DNA of 63,925 nucleotides, the filler included, from Collodictyon triciliatum (lineage: Eukaryota), in assembly GCA_043381765.1 (NCBI GenBank). It is 4 parts of 4 records of this genome, joined end to end, with 100 filler letters (N's around TTAATTAATTAA, not from the genome) between each part and the next. Parts side by side here need not be neighbours in the genome. Positions count along the whole stretch, not along the records: positions 1 to 19,427 come from JBHJMP010001300.1; positions 19,528 to 38,947 come from JBHJMP010001301.1; 2 more parts are not named here. One strand, 5' to 3'. The notes under the pieces were generated by a model. That model did not search any database. It saw nothing but the letters and a program-made list of their open reading frames with translations, and was not told the origin of the DNA. This document shows positions 12,174 to 28,213 of this stretch, in pieces. Made by a program: the position numbers and the translations under genes. The stretch's first letter is position 1. Each line of letters opens with the position of its first letter.

Positions 12174-12973
12174 ATGTGGACCTCTCTCGCGGTTTGTTCT
12201 ACACTTTTTCCTTTGTCCCTGACTCCCATAGCACGATCACCAAATACTCTCGTTTGCCTTCCCTACGCAAGAAACCCCCAGCTGCCTCTCCCTTTCCTCT
12301 CTCCTCACCACAACACACTCGTCACAAGGTGGTGTCTGCTTTCACATGTATTGCCCTGGTCTCTCTGTTTTTTTACCGCAAAGCCAGCATCTCTGCAAGT
12401 GGCAAAGTCGTCATCATCACGGGCTGCGAGTACGAAATAGGATGTGAAGCTTACAGGGATCAGAGCCCAGCATGACTGACCCGACTCTATTACGCACAGC
12501 ACCGGGTTCGGTCGGCTCGCAACTGAGGAGCTAGCCAAGGGCGGCTTTACTGTGTATGCCACCTGTCTAACCCAGGTATAGTTTCAGTGTACACATGCAA
12601 CTGTATATCCTGTTATAATAATTTATATATTTATGTATAATTATGTATTATTTATTTATTGATTGATTAATTGATTGATTGATTGATTAATTGATTGATT
12701 GATTGATTGATTTATTCTTCTCCATACCCTCGTAAATGCTGTCCCAACACCCTATCCGCCACCTCACGTCTCTTATCCATGCTCTGCATCTGCTTAGACT
12801 GGATTGAAGTCCCTGTGCGACCTCCGAAGCTCCAAGATTCGCCCTGTTTTATGCGATGTGACTAAGGATGAGGACGTGGCTTCTCTCAAAAAAGTACCAC
12901 CAATGCGTATAGGAACTGCCTGATACTCAAGTTCACTAATAGTGCCACACACCACTCATCCTAATCGCGACAT
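12174..12973 (+). CDS. Short-chain dehydrogenase/reductase (RDH/BDH1/17beta-HSD6-like), 5' part only, truncated by the N gap
   Basis: MWTSLA|VVSAFTCIALVSLFFYRK (signal anchor), then KVVIITGCD|TGFGRLATEELAKGGFTVYATCLT|..IRPVLCDVTKDEDV, which contains the TGCDxGFG Rossmann motif and the beta3 'DVT' motif. Confidence 0.85.
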
Positions 12974-13518
12974 NNNNNNNNNNNNNNNNNNNNNNNNNNN
13001 NNNNNNNNNNNNNNNNNNNNNNNNNNNNNNNNNNNNNNNNNNNNNNNNNNNNNNNNNNNNNNNNNNNNNNNNNNNNNNNNNNNNNNNNNNNNNNNNNNNN
13101 NNNNNNNNNNNNNNNNNNNNNNNNNNNNNNNNNNNNNNNNNNNNNNNNNNNNNNNNNNNNNNNNNNNNNNNNNNNNNNNNNNNNNNNNNNNNNNNNNNNN
13201 NNNNNNNNNNNNNNNNNNNNNNNNNNNNNNNNNNNNNNNNNNNNNNNNNNNNNNNNNNNNNNNNNNNNNNNNNNNNNNNNNNNNNNNNNNNNNNNNNNNN
13301 NNNNNNNNNNNNNNNNNNNNNNNNNNNNNNNNNNNNNNNNNNNNNNNNNNNNNNNNNNNNNNNNNNNNNNNNNNNNNNNNNNNNNNNNNNNNNNNNNNNN
13401 NNNNNNNNNNNNNNNNNNNNNNNNNNNNNNNNNNNNNNNNNNNNNNNNNNNNNNNNNNNNNNNNNNNNNNNNNNNNNNNNNNNNNNNNNNNNNNNNNNNN
13501 NNNNNNNNNNNNNNNNNN
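12974..13518. other. Scaffold gap (545 N)
   Basis: Run of N. Confidence 0.99.
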
Positions 13519-16500
13519 CATCACGAAAGCACATATAAAACTGATGGAAGGTGACCTTTTGTTCATTGACCTTTAACAGATGCAAATGATTTTCATGCAT
13601 TATTGGGGGAACGTATCGTACGAGCACTTTGTGTAATATGTGAATCTTGATATTAAAGAACATAAACGATAATTTACAATCTCATAAAAATGAAATCTCC
13701 AAAACTTACGGTTTCGTGTCGGCATTTTAAGGTTTTTCTCTTTTATAATTCCGCATATTAATGGTGCAGGGAAACAATCAAAGGCTACAGAAATACTGAA
13801 AGGGGCACAGTCGATCATCGAAGCCTCCAAGAGGGAAGATATTACCGAGGCCTTGCAAACCCTCGAAACTACTTGTTCTCTTCAGAAAGTGATGGAGAAG
13901 TTTAACTTTTACCTGCCGGCACTAACTCAAGGCAGGCAGGTCGATTCAAGGAAATTGCAATCGAATGCCAAAACGTCATCCATCGACTCAAATCAGCCCT
14001 CACAAAACACTCCTATCACACCAATTTCGGCTGAATCTAATCGTCCTCACCGAAGACCTCTGCAAGAGATTTCGAAAGGGCCGGGTACAAACCAGCGCCC
14101 ACCAAAAGCGGCCCCAAAACCTGACACCAACGCATCGGCGGGCAATCTTTCTTTTGGAACTGTGGCATCCGCTGAAGTGTCGTTTAGTGACCAAACCACC
14201 CGCGTTCTTGACACAAAAGCACTGCCAACTGAAAATGATGAGCCTGACACAAAGGCAAATGCGCCGACAGATGTTGTCACTTTTAATCCACGGTTGACGC
14301 TCCATGCTCCTTTGTCAATTGCATCTTCTTCGAAGTTTTCCCGAAAAATATGTACGTACTTTAAAATTTATTCAATTTTTGTGTTTTTTTTTTAAAAAAA
14401 AATTAGTATGAAAAGTATAAGTGGTTCAATCATTTCGTCACCTAGTAATAATCAAATTTTTCTGTTATTTTGCTTCGTGTGTATACAAAAAAAATATGTT
14501 TCGACACTATTATTTGCCTTGTTTTGTAATACTAGCGAACAATTATGATGATCGGCAACAATGATGATCTTAACATATTCTTATGCAGCATCCATTCCAA
14601 AATTGAGCAAAGTGGTTTCTAAAGAATTAGAAACTGACGATACTGTACCATTTTCTGAGCATAGCATTCCAGCCTCTGAACCAGAGGTCCTAGCCATATG
14701 AAAAAACGCGACAATTATAAAAAGAAACCTCACCATATTTTAGAGATACTCTAGATATATTTCCGTTACAAACATATATGCTATTTTTTTTTCATGCCAT
14801 TCATATTTTCCTTTCCAAATGTAGTCCACGGATGTTATTTTCTCTACAACGGTAGGAAACACTGGTGAGAATCAAATGGGGGAATCCGATTACTCGCATG
14901 CCGATGACGATACTGTCGTTCGCTCTCCACTGGTGGATGTACCCAGCAAAACTCCCACTCCTAAGGTTACATGATAACTGTCATTATCTTTATGGTATTT
15001 ATTGGGGTGATGTCAGTGTAAAGCTTCATGAGTAGAGTCTAGATTTTGTATTCGCCTTGTTTTCCCCGTTTCCTAATATAATTTTGCTCCCTTTCTTTCC
15101 GTTTTAATCCCCTTCACAATTGATTCTGTAGCCTTATCCTTGGTGTTGAATATAAATTTTCTTCAAGCTCATCTTGAGACTCTGTGCATAGACACCCAGG
15201 AGTCTGTTATCTAAAAAAAAAAAAAATACAATTAAGGTTTCCAAACCTTCTATGGTCACAAGCATGTATGGTAAGGCGAATGGGTCATATACAGAGGAGA
15301 AAAGACCACCAATTCCGACAACTCCTGCCACACCAGCGCTTGCATCACAATCACTGAAGAAGCCAAGCAGTCAAGTGGTGGAACCTGCCATATCCTCTGA
15401 GTTGAATCCTTCAAAATCAAAGGAGAGACCACGAGAAACTGGAGTTTGTGTTTACTATTTATATGTCTCTTCAATCTTGTTATTTGTTTGAAAACCTTCT
15501 ATCGCACTACGGAATCACTGCACGCCCTTTTGTTGGTACAAGTTACCTATTTAGTCCAATATTCATGCTGGATTTCTCATACCACTAATTGTTTCGTCCT
15601 TAGTCGAATGTCAAGAGAAATAAGTCGGAATTGGGAAACTATCACGGTTCTCCTCAAAATAAGAGGCCAAAAGTGCAAGCCCAAATACAATCGCAACCAC
15701 AACTACAACCACAACTAGAACAACAATCACAACAACAATCACAACAACCATCACAACCATCACAACCATCACAACAAAGTGTAAATCCAACACCACCCAG
15801 CCACAATAAGCCACCTTCGGACAGTCGTCAAACGTGAGCCCCATTATATAAGACATTACACCCCCCGAAAAGTATCTTCTGTTTCCCTATTACTCGAGCC
15901 ATAATTCCATAGCACCCATTTCGAAGGACCTATCAATACTTTATTTTATTTCACTATCCGTGTTCAACCGCTTACTCTGGTTAACCACGGTGCAGGACCT
16001 CGCAGGACAGACCAAACCACCAACACCCTAGTCGTGTACGTGCTTTACTTCTTACTATCAGTATAATACTTTTCTTGTGCTATCTAAGCTTCAGTTTTTA
16101 TTACAGGGATACTCCAATGTCCATGAAACCTCCCCAGCTGCAGCACTAGTGAGGACTTCCTTCCCTTTTTTTTTCTAAACTCAAACACCTTACATAATTA
16201 CTCCACTTCACTAATGTCGTAATGTAATTCTTATTTCTTGTCTAACTAGGGAGATATCACGATGGCAAGTTGAACATTCCAGCCTTTACTTTAAAATATC
16301 ATCCTTTTCCTAATTCATTTAAGTTGCTGATAGAAACAATTAGTTCAGACTCATTAAGCTTACAAATGAGATAACTGACATTACACCTACCCAGGTGAAT
16401 GGAACCAAATACCTCAGATTTGAGAAGATTGGCTCTGGTGGTAGCAGCAAAGTGTACAAAGTAAACCTTGATAAAATATACTTTACCTTTTAATTCTCAA

Positions 16501-19230
16501 ATAGTTCAATATTATATCCGATAGGACATATTGATTTTTTAATTTACTTTTCCTTATAATTCTTTTCAGGCCCGTTGCCCGAGAGGCTCATTTTGTGCCA
16601 TCAAAAAAGTTAAACTTCGCGGAGATGATGTCGATTCTGCGATGGATAGGTTTCACATCTTGATTTCTTTTCCACATTTGATCGTTGTGTATCATTTTAC
16701 AATTTACATATGTGGTATTAAATCATTTTTATTTAATTTTTTTAAAAAAAAAATAATCATCCCTTTATAAACCTCTCAGTTACTCGAATGAAATCAATTT
16801 GCTTGGGAGGCTGAAAGGAAAACCTAATATAATTCAGCTAATTGATAGTGAAACCAACAAATCCAGAGGAGAAATCACTATGGTTCTTACATTTAATCTG
16901 TACCACGCATATAATCTTAAAATATCATCTTTGAATTAAAATTACGATCCATTCATAAACAAAACACGTACTCGCGCACATCTTTTCATATCTAATTTAC
17001 TTCTTTACCAACGACTACTTTAAGGTGATGGAATGTGGCGAAATAGATTTGGCTAATATGCTTAGAAGGACTGATGGAGTGAGAATTCGTATTTCAAAAT
17101 TTATATAAATCGTGTTGATACAAGCCAAAAAAAAAAAAACGTCTCAATCACGTAATTTGAATCCTTATCGGCCTCATTTTCATAGAAAATGAGATAAACA
17201 ATTGATACACTTATCTAAAATTACTTCTACTTGATATGTGTTACATAGGATATAAACAGCTGGAGATATTTGAATACCCTCAGAGTTTATTGGCAACAAA
17301 TGCTGGATGCCGTCCATACGATACATCAGGCAATACAAATGCCCCAACCTATATGCTAATTTTTTCGAATTTTTTCTAATTACTATGAACTTACCAGGAG
17401 CCATACCGAATAGTCCACGGAGATCTAAAACCAGCGAACTTTATCTTCGTGCAAGGTGTTTTGAAGCTGATTGACTTTGGAATCGCTAAGGTAACGTAAA
17501 GTTGAGCGAAACGAGTGTGCGAATAGTTCTCTAAAAGACGAGGAAGATAAAAAAAGAAGATAAACTGTTTTCTTTCGTGATAAACCTGACCTATTTAATG
17601 ATGCATACAGGCTATCCAAACTGGCACAACAAATATTTTTCGTGATAACGCAGTATGTATTTTTTTTGACAAAAAAATCACTATGTAATGAATTTTGTGG
17701 GACACTGGGTTGTGATGTGGTGATAAATTCCGAACTTTATATATTTAGCCTAATTTATTTATTTATTTCTATGAATTTTCACATTCTTGTATATTCGATA
17801 GATTGGCACTTTGAATTACATGTCACCTGAGTCAGTCAAAATGTCAGGGGATGGTCAAACTGTCAAAGTATGTAAACTGACGAAATAGCTTAACTTTTTC
17901 AATACGTTTATCATCAAATAGAGCAGAAAAATCATCCTCTTTACGCTGGGTAAAGCTTAAATTATCACTTACCTTAAACAATTTGTCAAAACGCAGCACG
18001 GATGCCCTAGCGATGTATGGTCCCTCGGGTGTATTCTGTATCAAATGACATACCGGAAACTTCCATTCGGAGACATCCCCGGCTCACTTAAAGTCCCTGC
18101 CATTTTAAATCCCGAGTTCGAGATACCTTTTCCAGACGTCAGTGACCCCACACTTATGGTATAGCATTCACAAAGAAAAACTATTAATATCTCACCAATA
18201 TCTATTTGGAATCGATTGGTTTTCCTAGATTTTACTCAGTTATATGTTTAGTTATCAGTTTTGATACACCTCTTAACTAGAAAACTAACAATGTCGGGAG
18301 ATTCATGAAATTGAAATATCTGTTGCCCTCATAGGATGTGTTGAAAGGATGTCTTATCCGCGATGCCAAGCAAAGAATGACCATTCAAGAGCTTCTATCC
18401 CACCCATTTTTGAGGCCAAAAGCTATGTATGTTTACGTTGCCTGGAGTTGTCCATAACGCACTTGACGCACTATTTCATGGCTTTTATGTGTATAATCAT
18501 CTTTAATTCGTATAAGATATAATGTACTATTTATGTGATTATTTTTTTTGCAAACATTCCCGAAACTTATTCTTACATTCCCCAGCATGCCCACTACCAT
18601 CGAACTTAGCTTGGTCAACGACCTTCTGAATGCTGTGTCTGAAACGAATATTGACCTGAAAGAAAACAAGGATATAATTATTGAAGTAAAACATTGATGG
18701 ATTGATGGATTGATGGATTGATGGATTGATGGATTGATATAGCATTTAAATAAGAAGAATGATTATCAGAAGGAAACGTCATTGTAAAATTAATCATGCA
18801 TATGTATTAATACAAAATACGGTGTTGCATTTGTATACATTTTTTTTTTATTCTTCCTTTCAACTTTTGTGTGCATTTGTATACATATATATATATATTC
18901 ATTCTTTAAACCATAGCAGCATTTTCCATTCTGGTGTACTTCGGTCCAATTTTGGCTGACTTTTCTTAATGTCTCTAGAGGATACGAGATTCCCTTCAAA
19001 CTAAAGCTACTGTTGATATTGTCAAGCTGATATCTGAACTCCCCAAAAAGTCTGTTTCTGCCCGCTCCAATATACCCTTGCCATTTTTGAAATCCATCGA
19101 ATCATCAAGGACGGAGGGGGCTGATGGTGTTTCTATACCAAACTTACGTAAAGGGAGCCCCAAGAAAGTCAAATGTATCGGAAAAGAAGCACCTGCTGAT
19201 GATACGAGAGATACTGGTAATTTCCCATAG
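13519..19230 (+). CDS. MPS1: Mps1/TTK dual-specificity spindle-checkpoint kinase, multi-exon, 5' end in the gap
   Basis: Spliced kinase domain: [12 protein letters not shown]|..[46 protein letters not shown]|..[95 protein letters not shown], HxDLKPANF and DFGIA..I...[14 protein letters not shown] are Mps1-family signatures. A long S/P/T-rich disordered middle region precedes it. The 3' end is approximate. Confidence 0.9.
15690..15780 (+). repeat. Coding low-complexity Q/P/S repeat (CAACCATCA-like units) in an Mps1 exon
   Basis: Encodes [30 protein letters not shown] in ORF 15631..15837. Confidence 0.75.
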
Positions 19231-19378
19231 TTTTGTTATCGCACATAAAATGAATTTGGTACAAGAAACGAAAGCCACCTTTTGTTTTCTTTTGTTTTCT
19301 TTTTTCTTTTGTTTTCTTTTGTTTTCTTTTGTTTTCTTTTGTTTTCTTTTTTTTTTTTTTTTTTTTTTTCTTTTGTTT

Positions 19379-19427
<49 letters not shown>

Positions 19428-19527
19428 NNNNNNNNNNNNNNNNNNNNNNNNNNNNNNNNNNNNNNNNNNNNTTAATTAATTAANNNNNNNNNNNNNNNNN
19501 NNNNNNNNNNNNNNNNNNNNNNNNNNN
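19428..19527. other. Artificial scaffold-joining linker 44N-TTAATTAATTAA-44N
   Basis: Exactly 100 bp with stop codons in all six frames; identical at three places in the window. Confidence 0.97.
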
Positions 19528-19643
<116 letters not shown>

Positions 19644-19923
19644 GAGGCGCCTTCATGTGATGCATCCGGTGTATTTGATGGTGTGGAGGTTCGCAGCTTG
19701 GTAAAGGAAACAGCAAACGAACGGCAGTCCATTTCGTGGACATGAAAGTGATGAGGACAACAAGCACGACAAGAATAAAATGAAAAATATAATTACTTGA
19801 AACAATACAAATATACCCCCGAGAGCCAGAACTAAATATATATTTATAAGCGACAGTTTAATCTTCTACTAATCATATCGTTCATGCCATTCTTACTCTC
19901 GAACTGTATGGAAAGGTTAGGGT

Positions 19924-21262
19924 TTATACTTTGGCAGTGCTGAGCCGCTGAATCGCAGGGATGTGTGTGTCTGGGTCGCTCAGACATAATATTTGTGGGA
20001 GAAGCCGATAAAATATATCATCAGAGCTTCTGTCGTGGATATGGACAAAATCGCGATTGAGCTTTTTGTTGAAAAGAACTCTGGTAGCTGGATATCTCCT
20101 GAACCGCGGCCATCCATATTCCCTGGCTAAGGAGAGGTGCAGGTTGTTCACTCTTTCGGTACAGTGGACATTGACCCAGGCCTGTGTGTCCATCCAGAGG
20201 ATGGGGCCAGGGAATGTGGTGTTTAGCATTTGGAAAAACTCTCTGGATTGGGCCTCAAATACTGGGAATTGTTTTCCATGGTAGCAGTCGTGTAGGCCGA
20301 AAGAAAAGATGAAAATATCGGGTCGTCTCTTTTGGAATAGAGTATTCAATAAGTATTTGTCATAGTCTTCCATCGCAAGGTGCTTCCAGTCAAACGTTAT
20401 TTCATACCCTCCAAGTTGCTTGGGGGTAAATTCGCAGCGCCTTTCGTTCATTTGACAGGGTGTAGGGGAAGTGCTTTCGGGTCTTAGTTGTGGGGTACAG
20501 TTTCCTGAGCGGAAAAAGTCTGCAAATATGTCACATATAACATAATATTAAAAACTATTGTTTTTTTTTTGTTTTTGTTGTTGCATAATTAATTTAATTT
20601 GTCTACACGAAAAAAGAAAAGAAAATAAAAACCTCTGAATCTGTAAAAATCATATCCGATGAAGTGCTCCGTAGCGTTTATCATATTTGTTGCCTTAATC
20701 ATGACACAGTCCACGAAAGTAATTATTTCAAGATATTAGATATTATAAATTCAATTTCCAATAGAGAAAAAAAAATCAAATTACGAAATGAAAATATTAC
20801 TAAGGGAGTAATATTTATAAGTAAAATATACATTTAATGAATAAAATATAGTTATAAGCTTACCAATTGGCGCACGGTCGAGTCCCCGAAAAAATATACC
20901 CATTTACCTTTCAGTGGAAGCATGTCTCTTTGGTGACTGCCAAACGAAACGCGGGGATATGAGAAATTCATTTTCTTACTCTCAATGAAGCGAGCCTCAG
21001 GGACGCTTGAGTCCCAATCGCCACGTAAAGTAACAGAGGGACACTCACGCCAAGAATGTTGAGGTTCTCTCTTTGCAGAGGAATCTGTCTCATCAATCTT
21101 ATCAGAGGCTCTACTTCGACCCATCCAACTTCCCAAGGACATAACAAAATCGTACTGGGTGCATAAAATGATGGTGACGACGACAGCAGCAACTGAAAAG
21201 AAGACACGTTTTCGCAACAGCAAGGACAATAAGTGCCCTCCGTCCGTCCTTTTAACTGACAT
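19924..21262 (-). CDS. Type II membrane SGNH-hydrolase-like protein (PC-esterase / TBL / NXPE-like O-acyl esterase or transferase), ~3 exons
   Basis: N-terminal TM (FFSVAAVVVTIILC), GKWVYFFGDSTVRQL (GDS block), DIFIFSFGLHD (block III-like) and a C-terminal DFVH (DxxH). Confidence 0.78.
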
Positions 21263-21664
21263 TCTATCTGGAAAGATCCGAGGGCAAGGGTCAACAATAA
21301 CAATAAAAAAAATAAAAAAAAAATAGAGATAACATTAAGGAGTTAGTTCAACTAGCAGCATGCATGCACTATTTGTGCGTTCGTTGTTTGGTATTCAACG
21401 AGAGTCACTCGTAGACTCGATGCTCAGACTTTGTAGCTCGCAAGCGCAACACACACACCCCATAAAAATAGAAACCACCGCACTAGATCGCAAAAGCAAC
21501 AACAGAAGTATATTATCCAGATATGTATTCCAGATATGGGAAAACGGAAGTTTTCTGATTCGTTCGGCTTCTTGCCAGCGCCTGTGTGAATCAGCAAAAG
21601 CAGCGAGTCATGAGATCATGGAAGGTAGCCGAGGTGTTTCGCTGTGGAGGGTTTTCTGCTGTAG

Positions 21665-21667
<3 letters not shown>

Positions 21668-21701
<34 letters not shown>
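21668..21701. repeat. (GA)n microsatellite in the divergent intergenic region
   Basis: Directly visible. Confidence 0.95.
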
Positions 21702-21704
<3 letters not shown>

Positions 21705-22118
21705 GAAGTTGGAAGCGCGGATTTATTCTCAAGAAATGTACCAGTCTACAATAAGTCTAAGGGATCGCAAAAGGCTTGAACAAATGAACGATCGATCGTG
21801 TGGGATGATTGGGCTGGGTTGGGTGTGATTGGTTGAGGAAGCAGGTCAGGTTGGGCTCGCTTCTTTTTGGAGCACTGGCCACCTCAAGAGAGTTTGCAGT
21901 CTTCAAGACTCTTTTTTTTTCTTTCTTTCTTTAACTCTACGATGTTTCCTTTAAACTATTCGTCTGCTTTTTATTGAAGGGATATTGCACCCTTCTTCTT
22001 TCTTCTCTTTTTGGCAGAATAATCCTGCGCTGCTCGTGTTCTAGTTCAAGTTACTGCAGTAGTCCATTCTCGCCCCCATCGAGCCGCAAATAATTTATTC
22101 AGTGAAGCGGGTAGAAAT

Positions 22119-24209
22119 ATGGAGAGTGGTGGAGCAACAGGACCAAATGTTTTTCTAACACAGAAGGCTATCCAACAAGGGTATGGTTACGTATAACTAC
22201 AAAATAGCATATCTTATATCCCATATATATTTTTCTGTATTGTTTTTTTATTGTTTTTTTAAAAAAATACAAAAAAAAAACGAACAAATTATCTCAGCTA
22301 ATTCTTAGCTTACTATGTTTATATTAAGTGAGGACGGAAACTACAAGCATGAGGTTTGTAAGATACACACATTTTCCTTCAAAAACAAACTATATCCGCT
22401 TTATCATACATCATCCATATTTTATCCTATTGACGTGATGAATAGCAAGAAAAAAACACTCATTTAATTACCTTTCTAATCCAAACCATAATATGGTGAC
22501 ACTTTTATAGAATGTCAAGAATGCCATCAACCAGACCAATCAAACAAACCAGACTTCCCAATCTACTCTCCTATTGCAAAAAAAGAAAGAGATGATGGAA
22601 GTGCAGGCCATGTTGGACAAGAAGAGAGAAGAATTCAATGAACGAATGCAACGATGTCATCAAAAAGAAGTAGAACTGGCTGCAAGGGTGTGTAATACGT
22701 AGATGAAATATACTCAAATATGGACATTTAGTACGATGACAAGGATATAGAAATATCCGCATGTTTTCCCTGAACTTTAAGTTTCAACTCACATATTTGA
22801 GTGGCCTGAATATTTACAGCAACAACAAATTCGGGAACAAGTCAGCAAATTTGACAAATTCCTCAAGGACAATGATGCCAAAAGGACACGAGCAAATAAA
22901 CGAGCAACTGACGAAATTAAGTCTAGAGAACAAAAAGTAATTTCGTCAGATTATTTTTATTTGTAAAGAAAAAAAGAATAAGAAAGGAATATGTTCTAAA
23001 TCTGTTTATTGGTAGGAATAAATCATCTAATCTCTCCCTTTCTATAGGAATCTGAAATAATCAAACTACATCACGAATTAGAGGGAATGAAAGTAGAGAA
23101 GGAACAAAAGAAATCACAATTAGGTTTAGTGGAATTATTCTCTAGTAATTGTTGTTGGCGCACCAGTTCCAAAATTTACCAGACACATTCTCTTTGATAG
23201 CCTTAGCGAACCCTGCCTAGTAAAATATGGGCCATTTGTTTGTTATATATTCATCGAAATGCATCATACAGAGCGGAATAGCAGATACGAGCGATACTTA
23301 AATTCTGTGATTGAAGCATATAACGAGTTTCCAGAAATACACGATTTGCTGATGAGGTATGATACCCTCACAGCAGCCAACGGTGACTTGTTGGAGAGCG
23401 TCAAGAAATCATTTGAAGAAAGTGAAAAGTATCGAATAAGGATGCAAAATTTCATCAAGGTACTTGATTATTTCATTGACATAATCCGCATGCATCATCC
23501 TGGAAGAATCTCGATGAGTTTTAAAACAGAGGAAACGCAAGAAATTCAAAATCTTGCGCACAATGAAAACAATTTAAATCATGCACAGGAAACGCAAAAC
23601 GAAATCTTGGTATACAACAGCGAAGTCGCAAAAAAACAGCAGCTTCTTGAAGAAAAGGTCAAGCAGACAGCTGAGCTCGAACAAACCATGCAAGAAAGAG
23701 AAAAAATCAGTAAAACGAAGGTAATTTTCTCTATAGCTTCTAATATAGATTTTTGTATCAGCATGAAGGATTCATGTCAACATAAAATAAATATTCTTTT
23801 TCATTCGCTCGAGTACAATCCCTTTCCACTCTGTTTCTTTTCTTCCTCGCAGACGGTCATTATTGTCTGTCTTATCGTCAATTTTTTATTCTGAATAGGC
23901 CCAGACACTGGGGGAGATAAAGATGGCAATATCCAATTTGTATTCTAGGGCGTGCCAAAAGCACTATCGTGAGAGCGCAACCCCAGAGGAAAAGCTCAAA
24001 GCCATCGAGCAGAAGATAGTGGATTACCAAGGTATTTCTAGCACAGCAACAGTAATAATAATAACAATAGATATAGACATTTTTGCACATTCTAAAAGAC
24101 TGGAGTTGATGCAGTTGAATGAGACTCAGATATTCTTTTTCTTCTAGACATTGTCACATCTGCCGTCCGTGAAAGGAAGTTGGAGCTCACCCGGACTAAA
24201 ACAGCTTGA
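22119..24209 (+). CDS. CFAP73/CCDC42-family (DUF4200) ciliary coiled-coil protein, ~9 exons
   Basis: Spliced: STLLLQKKKEMMEVQAMLDKKREEFNERMQRC..QIREQVSKFDKFLKDNDAKRTRANKRA..YERYLNSVIE..EFPEIHDLLMRYDTL..TLGEIKMAISNLYSR. This matches the DUF4200 pattern (T.LL.K..E...V...L..K.EEF..RM; KF..FL.END.KR.RA; EF.EI..L..RY.TL; G.I.MA..NL). Confidence 0.85.
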
Positions 24210-24371
24210 AGCGCATCCACCCGACCCTCAACTTCCATTGAATAAATACCAATACCTGCTATCCAAGAACACGCCAGCGCGTCCCCAGCAGCAGCGCACT
24301 GCCACAGAACAGATTCGGCGACGAAAAGCGATTAAGCACAAGCGCAGCGACGCATATTTGCGTCGATTTTT

Positions 24372-27676
<3,305 letters not shown>

Positions 27677-28213
27677 ATGAAACAGTTGAGGGGAAGTTTA
27701 ATCTACCAGCCACGTTATTTTCTCTCTCGCTTCTTGACTAATCGAGAGCATTTTTTTTCTCAACGATAAAAAAATAGTTGTTCCGACTATTAATAATTTT
27801 TTCATGCATTTCTTTCCACCATCTCTACAAACGCATTAAAAAAAAAAAAAAAAGGGAACGCCAAGTAAGGCCACCCAGCCATCCCCTTCAAGCTATCAGA
27901 CAAATTACAGTTTGCGCCTAGTTTGTGATTATCGATATTTAGAGCAGGGTGTAATAGAGTGAGTCTATCTACTTTTGCACACTCAGTTGAATGTTTCCTT
28001 CCTTCCTTCCTTCATTTATTTGCTCGACACATCGCCGAGTTACACTATCCAAAAAAAAAAAATTGGCCAAGAGAGTGGGGTTTATTTTAATTTGGGACCA
28101 CGAGAAGAGCGTGTGCATAAACGCGGGATGTTCCTATTGCGTTGCATTAGATATATTTTATCCTAGTCGTTATGACAGACGCAACACATCTTCGTTTGAG
28201 ATGTTCATGAGGG

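Noticed and set aside
12942-13663. ORFs consisting mostly of X (also at 43869-44632 and 56523-57200)
   Set aside because: Artefacts of translating through N gaps.
19472-19483. TTAATTAATTAA as a biological motif (piggyBac TTAA site, PacI site, homeodomain site)
   Set aside because: It is embedded symmetrically in 44-N runs three times, so it is a synthetic six-frame stop linker.
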